A stretch of 64,000 nucleotides of DNA from Eledone cirrhosa (Eukaryota). Below the pieces are notes generated by a model. The model had not been told where the DNA came from. It searched no databases and saw nothing but the letters and a program-made list of their open reading frames with translations. Shown here in pieces: positions 44,799 through 57,660 of this stretch (positions are counted from its first letter, which is position 1; each line of letters starts with the position of its first letter). A program made the position numbers and the translations under genes. Location: assembly GCA_964016885.1 (NCBI GenBank), contig OZ024742.1, positions 18,538,001 to 18,602,000 of the forward strand, given 5' to 3'.

Positions 44799-47797
44799 TC
44801 TATCATATAACGAAACCATATTTAACAGTAATTCCCAATACTATAATGAGGCCTTAGCTAAATCAGGCCATACAAATGAAATTAAATTTCTACCTATAAA
44901 ATCACCTAGTTACAACATTATTTCTCACAATATGGCCACGAGGAAAAATAATAAAAGTACTAGTCACTCTAACTCTAATACGAAGGGTAATATCAAACTT
45001 AACTCGCACCGGAATAAACACCCCAATAATAATATAAACAGAAATATAAACAATACCTCAAATAACATTACAAAAAACAAAAATAGAAGAACTAATACAT
45101 TTTCAATCCCCTTTTCAATCTAAACGTCTCCACCAACTTGCCTAAGGCTTTCTTCTCAATCCTAGAAAAAACTTCCAGTCGGCCACAAATACCGTAATAT
45201 TATCAATAAAAATACCATTAAAATCTCTTACTCTACCACACCTAACATCGCATACCATATAGCTAGTAGTAATAAAAGGAAGATTAATAGTTATTTCCAA
45301 CTAATTAAATCACAGCAGAGGTAAACTTACAGGGCAACATAGTACTAGAGATTTCTAGTAGCAACAATACTAATGGTAATAGCTCTAATGAAATTAATAA
45401 CAATGAGAACGATAACAATCATTACCTTAATGCTATCCCTAACAACCATACATCTACACAACATAGTAACTGGCAAGCAAACATACAGAATAAATGTAAC
45501 AGTAGAACAAATAGAACTTGCCCCTTAGGTAAAAACTGCTTAATCAAATACATCATTTACTCATGCACAATCAACACAAACAACTCTTCAAAAACATATA
45601 TCGGTTCTACTTCGAACTGCTTCAAGACGAGATATAACTCGCATCTCCACACTTTCAAAAATCGCAATCTAGCCAACTCCACTTCTTTATCTAACTACAT
45701 ACACTCTCTGAAAACTAGGAATAGACCATATACACTTCAATGGGAAGTAATAGATAGGGCCGCATCGTATAAACCACCGAATAAATTTTGTAACCTCTGT
45801 CTTTTAGAGACCTGCACTATAATCTATTCTAAACTAGACCTCTTAAATAGAAAATCAGAGATTTTTACCATGTGCCAGCACTACCACCGACACTCTTTCC
45901 ATAACTTTAAACCTAACTGCTAGTATATAACAATGTCAGATCTGGATTCCTCACCAACATTAACACTTCACCTTTAGGTCTTATCAGCATATAATTACCC
46001 CCACAATCTATGATCAGCTCATTTCTCTACTTAACTCCTATTTATCTCTAACCTTATACTCTACAATAACTATTAGGAATAAACATAAGGTTACCACCAT
46101 TTAATATAACTACTATAGCTTACTTATATTATATTCAGTAATAGATAGATAATGAGACCTTACAGGGCAACATAGTACCAATGAGACCTTTAATGTATTA
46201 TAGGCAAATAAATTATATTTATAATTAAATATATAAATTAATAGCATTATATATAAGGGATTCACTTATAACATAGTATAATGTATGTTAATAATACAAG
46301 AGATTTAACTCATTCGACCTGTAAACAACTATACATTTTTTCTATAGCTTACTTATATTTTTTAAAGTAAAAAGATAGATAACAATATAATGAGACCTTT
46401 AATGTATTATAGGAAAATAGATTATATTTAAAATTAAATATAAATAAATAGCATTATATAAAAGGGATTCACTTGTAACACAATATAATGTATATTAGCA
46501 AAAGGAATTTGACTAATTGGAGCTGTAAACAACTATACATTTTTTCTATTTTTTCTATCATATACAAATTAATCGCTAATTACCTCCCCCTTAATATATA
46601 TCTTTAGTTTTCTGTCAGACCCAGGATTATTTACTTGAGTAAATATCACCAGAATCTAACTACTAATTTTTATACAGAAAAGGATAAGATATATTTACAA
46701 AACACCATATCGAATACAAGTCTTCATTTTATTTTAACTCCGTCATAATAGTGGTACACAAATATCCTCACGCATATTTAGGTATAGTCCAAGCCCGTGA
46801 TTAACATGTTCATCTTCCGTGTTGTCGGTTCGAAGGAAAGCGCCAAAGAGAGAGTATACCTTCGGCGTAAACGCGCCTGGCCGAAGGCCAGGCAGCCAAA
46901 AGGTGAAAAGAGAGAGATAGCTTTCAGCTCTCTCCTTTATAGTTCCCTGGACGGAAGTCACAAAGAAGGTTCTGGAAATTTCAACGGGAAGTAACTCCAG
47001 CTACTTCCCGTCTAGAGAGCGCTACAAGGATCCCTTCTCAGACGCTACAGATCTCAAACTCACTTCCGGGAATTAAACCGTTAGAAGAATCACTCCAGAA
47101 CAACTCGAACCCGGGATAACAGTATAATAGGACCAATATACAATCCATAGCTGTATCTTATTATAAACACTCACTAAAATAAAATCTAACCAATGTAATG
47201 GAAAAGATAACAATAATAATAATACTCTCAACACATGCTCATTTGAACATTACATAAACAATTGTCACACTACATCAACCATAAACTCATAATTGTAATA
47301 CACAAACACCTTTGCCTGCTTGATATGCTTGTAAACCTATGTTATTTTATGTTATACCTTTGCCATGCAGTATTTATATATGCCTAGTACCATTGCTTGT
47401 TTCCTACCTAACTGTCCTGTATATGCCTAACGCATTTGCACTCTCTATACTGCTTTAATTATTATACTATTCTCTTGCAATCTCTGTCACATGCATTCCA
47501 CTCTGTGCCTCTTTAATTATTATACAATTCTCTTGTAATCTCTGTCACATCCATTCCACTCTGTAAATACGAAACTGTTGATGACAACATTAATATCCAT
47601 GTATCTATATGTTTGTTCAGTTGAATAGGAAGTTAATTATATGTCCGAACTTTGCTAGTGCTCTGAGGATCCCAAACTAAATGCATGATACTGTACGTCT
47701 GTATACATATATATATGTACGTATACATACATACTTACATTTAAGTAAGTGCCATACTAAGAGTGAGAAATGAAATTTCGTTTTCATTTTATTTCAA

Positions 47798-47832
<35 letters not shown>

Positions 47833-47908
47833 CAAAGGAAATGTGGTAAGGAACCAGATGGACCATAACGCACCAGAGTACTCAATACTTAGGGTAGTAG
47901 AGTGGGAA

Positions 47909-48028
47909 ATAGGAAAAAGTATGACCCCGGCGGCAGAGCTCAAACCGTTTCGACGGCTATTTCTAGTATTGAGTCCAAAAATAGCCGTCGAAACGGCTTG
48001 AGCTCTGCCGTCGGGGGTCATACCTTTT

Positions 48029-48033
<5 letters not shown>
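47909..48033. repeat. GC-rich palindrome (~54-bp arms, 16-nt spacer) in a short insertion within (TA)n
   Basis: 47909-47962 pairs with 47979-48033 with few mismatches. Confidence 0.85.
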
Positions 48034-48086
<53 letters not shown>

Positions 48087-48110
48087 CATACACACATACA
48101 CACACACACG

Positions 48111-48225
<115 letters not shown>

Positions 48226-48340
48226 CTGTTGGGATATAATATTTTCTATTATTTGGAATGTTCTACAGACAGTCGAGGAAGGTTTTCTAAATCGTGATAC
48301 TTGGTGTAACGACGTACACATTTCCTCTCGTTTAGATGCA

Positions 48341-48615
48341 CAGCACAATTATTTCACCTCAGTTGGCCCCGCTCTCTTTAACATTAAACCAACACACATT
48401 AAAACAGAAACAAGCCCCATAAAGTTCAAGAAGTCTTTGGACAAATTCCTTCAAGAAATTCCGGATAAACCTCCTACACCTGGATATGTCTCCGTAAATA
48501 ATAACTCTCTACTTGAGTGGGCCATGGTGTCCAAATATTGATTTGAAAGACTTCGCCAGGTGGTGCTATTAAGTTAGGCATGGCCTGGGCCAATACTGGC
48601 CGAAACCTATCAAAG
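48341..48615 (+). mobile_element. CR1-group LINE 3' fragment
   Basis: The plus frame from 48341 reads [66 protein letters not shown], with a stop at 48539-48541, followed by a short 3' UTR. Confidence 0.8.
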
Positions 48616-48616
48616 T

Positions 48617-48672
<56 letters not shown>

Positions 48673-48683
48673 TATATATAAAA

Positions 48684-48734
<51 letters not shown>

Positions 48735-48779
48735 TAAACAAATAATGAATAAACAATTCCTTATATTAAACAAAAAAAG

Positions 48780-48934
48780 TTCATTATTTAACGATCGTTT
48801 CTAGGATATATATGTGTTAGAATTGGTATGCATATTCAACAGATCTATGTACAAAATTATACAAAATTATACAAATTATCAAGATTAAATATACATACCA
48901 AACACATATATAGGCCGTCTTCAGAAATAATGAA
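48780..48934 (-). ncRNA. Type I hammerhead ribozyme with extended stem II (3' pLTR copy)
   Basis: Minus strand: TTCATTATTT-CTGAAGA-116 nt hairpin-GAAAC-GATC-GTT-AAATAATGAA. Confidence 0.75.
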
Positions 48935-49607
48935 GTATATTTATTGATAATAACAACAATTCAAAATTTCAGTTCAAAATTGACCAATGAAAACACAAAG
49001 GGTTAAATGCAGTTCGGTGTGTGTATATACATGTAAAACCCTTACACATATTTTACAAAAATGTATGTATAATTTGTATACGCATACTAAAAGGATGGAT
49101 GCAAATACAAAATTTCAAGGTTAATGTCTCTGTAAGTTTACAATGCGCAGATAAGATGCGCATTGACACTTATGAAGTCAAGTATATAAATATATTTTTT
49201 CATACTCACACATATCCGTACAATCACACATACACGCGCGTATATGCATAAATATACACATAACCACGAACATACAAACACACAACACCCCCACTCACAT
49301 TTATATATGTGGATATAAAATCATAAGCACATGGATATTAATTCACTCACATAAAACACTGGCACACACATTTTTAGATCAAGATACAGAAATTAGGTGG
49401 GAGGGGGGGGGGGGGTCAGTATTCAACTGTCTGAGCAGACTGCCTAATATAAATGTATCTATAAACTAAGAAAAATAAAAAAATAAAATATAATAAATAA
49501 AACATTAAAGAGGAAAGAATAGAAAGAAAAACAGAAAAAAGAAAAAAGAAAAAAGAAAAAAGAAATATATCAAGAAAATAAATATATATATATATATACA
49601 CATATAT

Positions 49608-49650
<43 letters not shown>

Positions 49651-49858
49651 TATATATATATATATATAAAAACATACATATATATACACATAGACACACA
49701 CATATCCATACATAAATATACACACATATATAAACACATACAGACATATACACACATCCACACTAAGAACATATATATACACACATATATAAACATATAC
49801 ATATACACACATACATACATATACACTTATACATACAAATACACATACATATATATAT

Positions 49859-49908
<50 letters not shown>

Positions 49909-50283
49909 GTACATACACGTACATATACACACACATATACATATAATTACACATACTATATAGACACAGATATATATAAAACCACTCACATACATGCACA
50001 TATACAACACTTACATACTAATATACATACAGATATACACATACATAGCTATATATACACACAAATATATACAGACTTACATATATACACATACAGACAA
50101 ATACTTACGCATCTATATATCGGTATATACATACAAACACCACTACACTATCACACAACTTAGAAATACAAAGAGAAAGGTATATACCTATACACACATA
50201 CATATACAAATAGAAAAACATATAGATATATATATATATATATATATACATACACACACATATACATATACATATATATATAT

Positions 50284-50318
<35 letters not shown>

Positions 50319-50565
50319 ACACATACAAATACACATACACACACATACAGATATATACACATACATACATGTACACACACATAGAAATATTTACGCATAC
50401 ACACATACACACATACATATAAAGTCATACACATACATACACCTACACGAACATACACATACACATATATAAAGATATATATATACACACACACATACGC
50501 AACACATACACACATACACATATATATAAAAAATAAATAATAAAGATATATACATATATATATAT

Positions 50566-50612
<47 letters not shown>

Positions 50613-50681
50613 CACCTAAATATACATACACATACATACACACATACATAGACATACATGCACATACATATACGTACATCG

Positions 50682-50722
<41 letters not shown>

Positions 50723-50997
50723 GACATATACATACATACACACACAACTTACATACACACATATATATACATGTATATTCATACATAGAATTAGATATAT
50801 AATCATACATACATATGCACTTACTTATACTCATATATACAAATACATACGCATCCATATATGCGTATATACATAAAAAACCACTACAACCTCACCTAAC
50901 TCAGACATACAAATAAAAATAATAATAAAAAAAAGGCATATGTATATACATACACACACGCATTAATAGAGATATATATATACACACATACATACAG

Positions 50998-51028
<31 letters not shown>

Positions 51029-51303
51029 TATACATATATACACACATACACTCATACATATATATATATATACATACATAGATACCCACACACTCATACC
51101 ACCATAAATACACATACAAACACCCACATATACATATATATACACACGTATATATATATATATATATATACACACACATAAAAAACAGACATGCACATAT
51201 ATATATATATTTTTTTACACTTATATATACACATATTATATACACATACACAACCTCACTTATACACACATACACATAAGTTATATTATAATAATAAAAA
51301 ATA

Positions 51304-51346
<43 letters not shown>

Positions 51347-51414
51347 CATACATATAAACATATACATACATAAATACACACATACGAATATAGACATATA
51401 TTCACACATAGACA

Positions 51415-51456
<42 letters not shown>

Positions 51457-53167
51457 CACATACATATACACAGACACATATACACACTCACATATATATA
51501 TGTGTGTGTGCACACACACATATATACACACATACACATATATACACACATACACATATATACACATAAACACATATATGTGCATACATGCACACACACA
51601 CACATATATCACATAGATACGAAGATAGACATATAAATAGAGAGACATACATATATATACACAACACACATACACACACATACATACACACGCATATACA
51701 TATACATTTATATATACATATATATAATCCTATATATACATGCATACACATATATACACATATATACACATACATACACATATACGTACACACATTCACA
51801 TACACATACATATATACATGCATATATACACATATATACATACATACACACACTCATATACACACACAATCTTACATTCATATTTGCATGCGCATATATG
51901 TATTTTTATATTTAGATATAAATACCCAAACCTATATAGACACCTACCTACATATATATTCATACATAGACGCTTACAAATACAGATGATAATAGTATGG
52001 GGGAAAGGGGGGGTTTGGAGAAGGGGATCAAAGTAAATATATGTTTCAAGAAACATAGAATATTTTCCGTATCTTTATCCAATGTATGTTCTTACATATT
52101 TTCAGTGTTAGGAAATACAACAAACAAGAACTAAGGCAAAATCTATGCATCTCAAAATAAACAAGTATACCATTAATCATATGTTAACTAAACCAAAGAT
52201 AGTCAACATATTGATTTCTAAGGTGTAAATTAGTTAGGTTTATAATATTTGAAGCAGAATTTTGAAGTTAAACAGTAGTAGAGTATTAATTACAGTATAA
52301 CTAAATTAAAGTTAATAACGTTATGGTATCAATATTAGGAAATGAATTTAGTAATAGGGAAAAAAAACACAAATAAAAATAAAATAAAGTATTAGATCGG
52401 TAGTAGAATATAAATTATAGGTTAACTAAATTAAAAATTATATATTTATTTCAATAGTATATGTTAATTAGGTATACAATACATAAAGCAGATATTGTAT
52501 TTCATCAATAGCATAATATAATTATATGCAAATAGAAATCAAAATTAATACGCATACATATACATATACATACACATACATATATACATATATATACACA
52601 CATATATATATATATATACATATATACACATATACATACACACACACATACACATACACATATACATATACATATCTTTTTCAAAAAATTGCATAGAATA
52701 TATTAACTAGGTATATATCCAAAACACATCCCATTCTATGATTACATGACATTCTGCAATTCGTCTGTATAAGGATACTAATTTTAAGCAAATTAAAATT
52801 AAAATTTTTAGGTTGATTAAAACTAAAACCAAATTATAAATATATTTCTAAAATGTATATTAATTAGGTCCATAATACTAAAAATTATTTCTCTGTCATT
52901 GGATACACGATATTATTTTGTTATATTTTATCTGTAAAAGAATTATAATAAAAATAAAAATAAAATTAAAAATAAAAATAAAAGGTTTAAATAAATTAAA
53001 ATTAATCTATAAATTAAATTACCAAGTATATATTGGTAATATTTAAAGGTTTTTCACAATTTATGATTACATAATATTTTATATTCTCATCTGTAATAAA
53101 ATTTTAATTAAATTAAATTTATAGGTTAACTAACATTTAAATTAAATTAATTTCTAAAATAATGTTA

Positions 53168-55609
53168 TTAATTAGGTTTATAATATTTAAATGTTTTTTT
53201 TAGTTTATGATTACACGATATAATTAATTCCTGTCGTTTATTTAATAAGATATCCTTAGACTTCATTATTTCAAATAGTTCTTGGGAACATAATCTACAT
53301 TCATTTCTATTATTTTGATAAGGGGTGGCTCTTTTGAGCACACTCCAGGTCAAATCATATTTTATATTCTTATTTTTATAACTATTGATTTTTTCTGCTA
53401 GAGATGTTGTATTAGCCAGTGCGGCATTTTTAAAACTATGCTTGTGGGTATTAAACCTTGTCTTAAAATTGTTAGAGGTAGCTCCTATATATGAGCAAAT
53501 AGAATCTTTAGTTTTAACATTACATTTATAGACTATGTTGTTAACAAGACAATTCCCTTTTAATGGGCAGTTTGCTTTGTTTCTACAGTTACATCCTTTC
53601 GTTAATTCTGTATTTGAGGAGATATTATGGTTAATTTGATGTACTGGTGGTATACTTATGGTTTTCTTACATTTATATGCATTATATGCACTTATATTTT
53701 GTTTTATGTTATTTGTTGTAGAGTATGAGAATTTAACTGTAGACCTATTTAAGATTTGATGGTATTTGTGGTTTGGCGGGAAGTTTTTCTCAAGGATATA
53801 AAAAAATTTTTTAGCAATATTATCCTTAACTTGTAAATTAAAAGGAGCATTATACCAAGTAACCCGTCTATTACGGTTTCTATGTTGTTTATTATTTTTA
53901 TTATTTTTATAGGTTGTATCGTGATTTTTACTAGGAGGATTAATGTTAATGATCTCACCACAACTATTTTTAGTTATATTTGTAGATTTAGGTGTTTTAT
54001 CCTTTTTATTAGGAGTTTTATTATTAATATTTATTATAGTTGTATGATGAGTAGTTTTTTGAGAGTTACTATACTTTATATTAGAAGATTTGGTATTTTG
54101 GGGTATAGTGTGGGTGGCATTTAGGTGTGTACTTTTCATTTGGTGTTTGTTGGTAATATTATGTTGTATGCTTTCAGTATTTTTAGTAGAAGGTATATAC
54201 TCTAATCTATTTTTGTGGCCACTTCTATCTAGAGCTTCGTTATAGAAGGTCGCATTTTTATCAAATACATCTTGGTTAGAAGAAAGGTTAGAAATTCTAA
54301 GTGATATATTATATGCAAGGTTTTTAAGGATAGATTTAGGGTGATTAGATTGTGAGTGTATGTAATGTAAGTTTTGGTTAGGTTTATGGTAAGGTTGGTA
54401 GATACCCGTAGCTAAATCTAAAGTTATATCTAGGAAATTTACTACTTTACTTGTTTTTTCAAAAGTAATATTAAGATTATAATAGTCTTTAAGGAAAGTT
54501 CTAATATGTTTTTTGTTTTTTTCAATTTCTGAAAGGCTAAGGTTGTTAGAAAGAAGAAGACAGTCATCACGATATAAACCACCTTTGAGGTGGGGAAAAG
54601 AGGCATTTATGTTGAAAAGGAGAAAGAGGCCCACAAGATCAGTAATTTGGGCGGAATCGCTTGAACCCATAGTAATATCAAAAAGATTACTGTATGTGTT
54701 TCTGGTCCAGTATTCATTCTGAAATTCAATAAGTGTTAGTCTAGCATGTGTAATAATGTTAATGTCATCCAAAGTTAAGTTAGATCTATTTTTAGCAAAT
54801 ATCAATGCTTTGTTCAGGAGTATAGGTGATATAGAAGAATAGTAATTATCTATATCAAATTGTAGGAAAGAAGCAGAAGATTTACAACTAATATTTTTAA
54901 ACCAGTTAATTACCTGGGAGGTGTTTTCCCAGAGTGGTAAAATAACGTGTTTTCTTATTTGTGGGATGACTCTATCTAAAATTTTTTTGCTAATTATTCC
55001 AATATCTGATTTGGAGGGACATATAAGTCTAATAGAAGGATTTGAGTTAAAGTTAGATTTGTGATCTTTCAGGTTGAAGTGTGGTCTTTTCAATGCCAAA
55101 GGTTCAGTTCTATCTTCAATGTTTAGTTTTTTTACTATGTTGTGTGTTTTGTTGTTGATGTTGGTGAGTGACACATTATTAGATTTTTTATAATTTTTTC
55201 TGAGTTCTTTATATATGAACTCGTTATAATGTTCAATATCCATATGATACAAGTTACCAGTTTTGTCCGAGTGGACATGGATTTTTTTAGACTTTTTTAG
55301 GTCCAATAGGGTAGAATCAAGGTCCTTTTGAAAGACGGATTTATACTTTTTAAATTTGAGGTGTTTAATTAAATTAAAAAGGTCTTTCTCGAAGTCTTCA
55401 AGTAAAAAGTTGTGTGGTGGATTCTTGTAAGTATTGAAATCATACATATATTTCCGATCTGCTTGTTTAGATTTTCTATCGAAGTGGTAGGCTCTCCATC
55501 TAACCCTTCTGATAAAATTATTAGTTTTCTGAATCATAAGGAGTAAGAAGTCATCCTTAGAAGGTATTGGTATGTTTTTTAAGGAGGTTCCTAAATATTG
55601 TTTTTCCAT
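53168..55609 (-). CDS. PLE polyprotein: reverse transcriptase + Cys-rich linker + GIY-YIG endonuclease (813 aa from the ATG; the ORF track extends it to a TTG at 55630)
   Basis: N-terminal SLKNIPIPS; DKT; RLI; RT motifs QFDIDNYYSSI, MGSSDS, GGLYRDD, NFLDITL; thumb SNHP; CNCx4CPx4C-like linker (GCNCRNKANCPLKGNCL); GIY-YIG nuclease IVYKC...SYIGATSNNFKTRFNTH and CRLCSQE. There are no stops or frameshifts. Confidence 0.96.
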   Translation of the reverse strand: MEKQYLGTSLKNIPIPSKDDFLLLMIQKTNNFIRRVRWRAYHFDRKSKQADRKYMYDFNTYKNPPHNFLLEDFEKDLFNLIKHLKFKKYKSVFQKDLDSTLLDLKKSKKIHVHSDKTGNLYHMDIEHYNEFIYKELRKNYKKSNNVSLTNINNKTHNIVKKLNIEDRTEPLALKRPHFNLKDHKSNFNSNPSIRLICPSKSDIGIISKKILDRVIPQIRKHVILPLWENTSQVINWFKNISCKSSASFLQFDIDNYYSSISPILLNKALIFAKNRSNLTLDDINIITHARLTLIEFQNEYWTRNTYSNLFDITMGSSDSAQITDLVGLFLLFNINASFPHLKGGLYRDDCLLLSNNLSLSEIEKNKKHIRTFLKDYYNLNITFEKTSKVVNFLDITLDLATGIYQPYHKPNQNLHYIHSQSNHPKSILKNLAYNISLRISNLSSNQDVFDKNATFYNEALDRSGHKNRLEYIPSTKNTESIQHNITNKHQMKSTHLNATHTIPQNTKSSNIKYSNSQKTTHHTTIININNKTPNKKDKTPKSTNITKNSCGEIININPPSKNHDTTYKNNKNNKQHRNRNRRVTWYNAPFNLQVKDNIAKKFFYILEKNFPPNHKYHQILNRSTVKFSYSTTNNIKQNISAYNAYKCKKTISIPPVHQINHNISSNTELTKGCNCRNKANCPLKGNCLVNNIVYKCNVKTKDSICSYIGATSNNFKTRFNTHKHSFKNAALANTTSLAEKINSYKNKNIKYDLTWSVLKRATPYQNNRNECRLCSQELFEIMKSKDILLNKRQELIISCNHKLKKTFKYYKPN

Positions 55610-55952
55610 TGTGATATGGATGATGGACAATTGAAAGAGCTCAACTAAATGTATATGGGTTTACAAAATCATACATATATATATGCTTATACATAAATAT
55701 AAAATTAATACACACATACAGTACAAAAATACGAATATTTCCGTGAAAATAGGAGCAAAATTATGTAGATAAATCTACCAAGAGTTTACGGTAGTGTCCA
55801 ATCCGTATGAAGAACTCAATGTATTCCGGATATCATGGAAAGAAGAGATGTAATGAAAAACCACTTTCGGTGAAAGATAAACGGTATACAGAGTCAAGAT
55901 AAAATATTAAACAAATAATGAATAAACAATTCCTTATATTAAACAAAAAAAG

Positions 55953-56107
55953 TTCATTATTTAACGATCGTTTCTAGGATATATATGTGTTAGAATTGGT
56001 ATGCATATTCAACAGATCTATGTACAAAATTATACAAAATTATACAAATTATCAAGATTAAATATACATACCAAACACATATATAGGCCGTCTTCAGAAA
56101 TAATGAA
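55953..56107 (-). ncRNA. Type I hammerhead ribozyme with extended stem II (5' pLTR copy)
   Basis: Same sequence as 48780-48934. Confidence 0.75.
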
Positions 56108-56528
56108 GTATATTTATTGATAATAACAACAATTCAAAATTTCAGTTCAAAATTGACCAATGAAAACACAAAGGGTTAAATGCAGTTCGGTGTGTGTATA
56201 TACATGTAAAACCCTTACACATATTTTACAAAAATGTATGTATAATTTGTATACGCATACTAAAAGGATGGATGCAAATACAAAATTTCAAGGTTAATGT
56301 CTCTGTAAGTTTACAATGCGCAGATAAGATGCGCATTGACACTTATGTGTATATATGTAAGTCTGTATATATTTGTGTGTATATATAGCTATGTATGTGT
56401 ATATCTGTATGTATATTAGTATGTAAGTGTTGTATATGTGCATGTATGTGAGTGGTTTTATATATATCTGTGTCTATATAGTATGTGTAATTATATGTAT
56501 ATGTGTGTGTATATGTACGTGTATGTAC

Positions 56529-56582
<54 letters not shown>

Positions 56583-56790
56583 ATATATATATGTATGTGT
56601 ATTTGTATGTATAAGTGTATATGTATGTATGTGTGTATATGTATATGTTTATATATGTGTGTATATATATGTTCTTAGTGTGGATGTGTGTATATGTCTG
56701 TATGTGCTTATATATGTGTGTATATTTATGTATGGATATGTGTGTGTCTATGTGTATATATATGTATGTTTTTATATATATATATATATA

Positions 56791-56833
<43 letters not shown>

Positions 56834-57505
56834 ATATATGTGTATATATATATATATATTTATTTTCTTGATATATTTCTTTTTTCTTTTTTCTTTTTTC
56901 TTTTTTCTGTTTTTCTTTCTATTCTTTCCTCTTTAATGTTTTATTTATTATATTTTATTTTTTTATTTTTCTTAGTTTATAGATACATTTATATTAGGCA
57001 GTCTGCTCAGACAGTTGAATACTGACCCCCCCCCCCCTCCCACCTAATTTCTGTATCTTGATCTAAAAATGTGTGTGCCAGTGTTTTATGTGAGTGAATT
57101 AATATCCATGTGCTTATGATTTTATATCCACATATATAAATGTGAGTGGGGGTGTTGTGTGTTTGTATGTTCGTGGTTATGTGTATATTTATGCATATAC
57201 GCGCGTGTATGTGTGATTGTACGGATATGTGTGAGTATGAAAAAATATATTTATATACTTGACTTCATAAGTGTCAATGCGCATCTTATCTGCGCATTGT
57301 AAACTTACAGAGACATTAACCTTGAAATTTTGTATTTGCATCCATCCTTTTAGTATGCGTATACAAATTATACATACATTTTTGTAAAATATGTGTAAGG
57401 GTTTTACATGTATATACACACACCGAACTGCATTTAACCCTTTGTGTTTTCATTGGTCAATTTTGAACTGAAATTTTGAATTGTTGTTATTATCAATAAA
57501 TATAC

Positions 57506-57660
57506 TTCATTATTTCTGAAGACGGCCTATATATGTGTTTGGTATGTATATTTAATCTTGATAATTTGTATAATTTTGTATAATTTTGTACATAGATCTG
57601 TTGAATATGCATACCAATTCTAACACATATATATCCTAGAAACGATCGTTAAATAATGAA
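57506..57660 (+). ncRNA. Type I hammerhead ribozyme with extended stem II (inverted copy)
   Basis: 10-bp stem I TTCATTATTT/AAATAATGAA; CTGAAGA at 57516; GAAAC at 57639; palindromic stem III AACGATCGTT; stem II pairings TATATATGTGTT/AACACATATATA and TGGTATGTATATTTAA/TTGAATATGCATACCA. Confidence 0.75.

Larger units (their letters stand above)
42910..45923 (+). pseudogene. Decayed, 5'-truncated Naiad-like PLE ORF (reverse transcriptase + GIY-YIG endonuclease), interrupted by a Helitron
   Basis: Fragments align in order to the intact ORF: FIYKELHRSYKK, DHKENFNSNQSIRLICSSKSDIG, QFDINSYY, FDINMGSSDSAQVTDLVGL, GGLYRDD, SNHPKSI, then [Helitron], then YYNEALAKSGH, KISYSTTPNI, CPLGKNCL, TYIGSTSNCFKTRYNSH, CNLCLLE, ending in TAG at 45921-45923. 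Several frameshifts and stops are present. Confidence 0.93.

Noticed and set aside
46110-46550. Diverged ~230-bp tandem duplication and a 20-bp copy of 45326-45345 (CTTACAGGGCAACATAGTAC)
   Set aside because: Real, but best explained as ordinary local duplication in a decayed 3' UTR.
52700-53167. SECIS element downstream of the PLE ORF
   Set aside because: The ORF has no in-frame TGA, and no convincing AUGA/GA stem with an apical AA was seen.
53749-54722. Short ORFs overlapping the PLE CDS
   Set aside because: They are antisense or alternative-frame shadows of the real 813-aa ORF.
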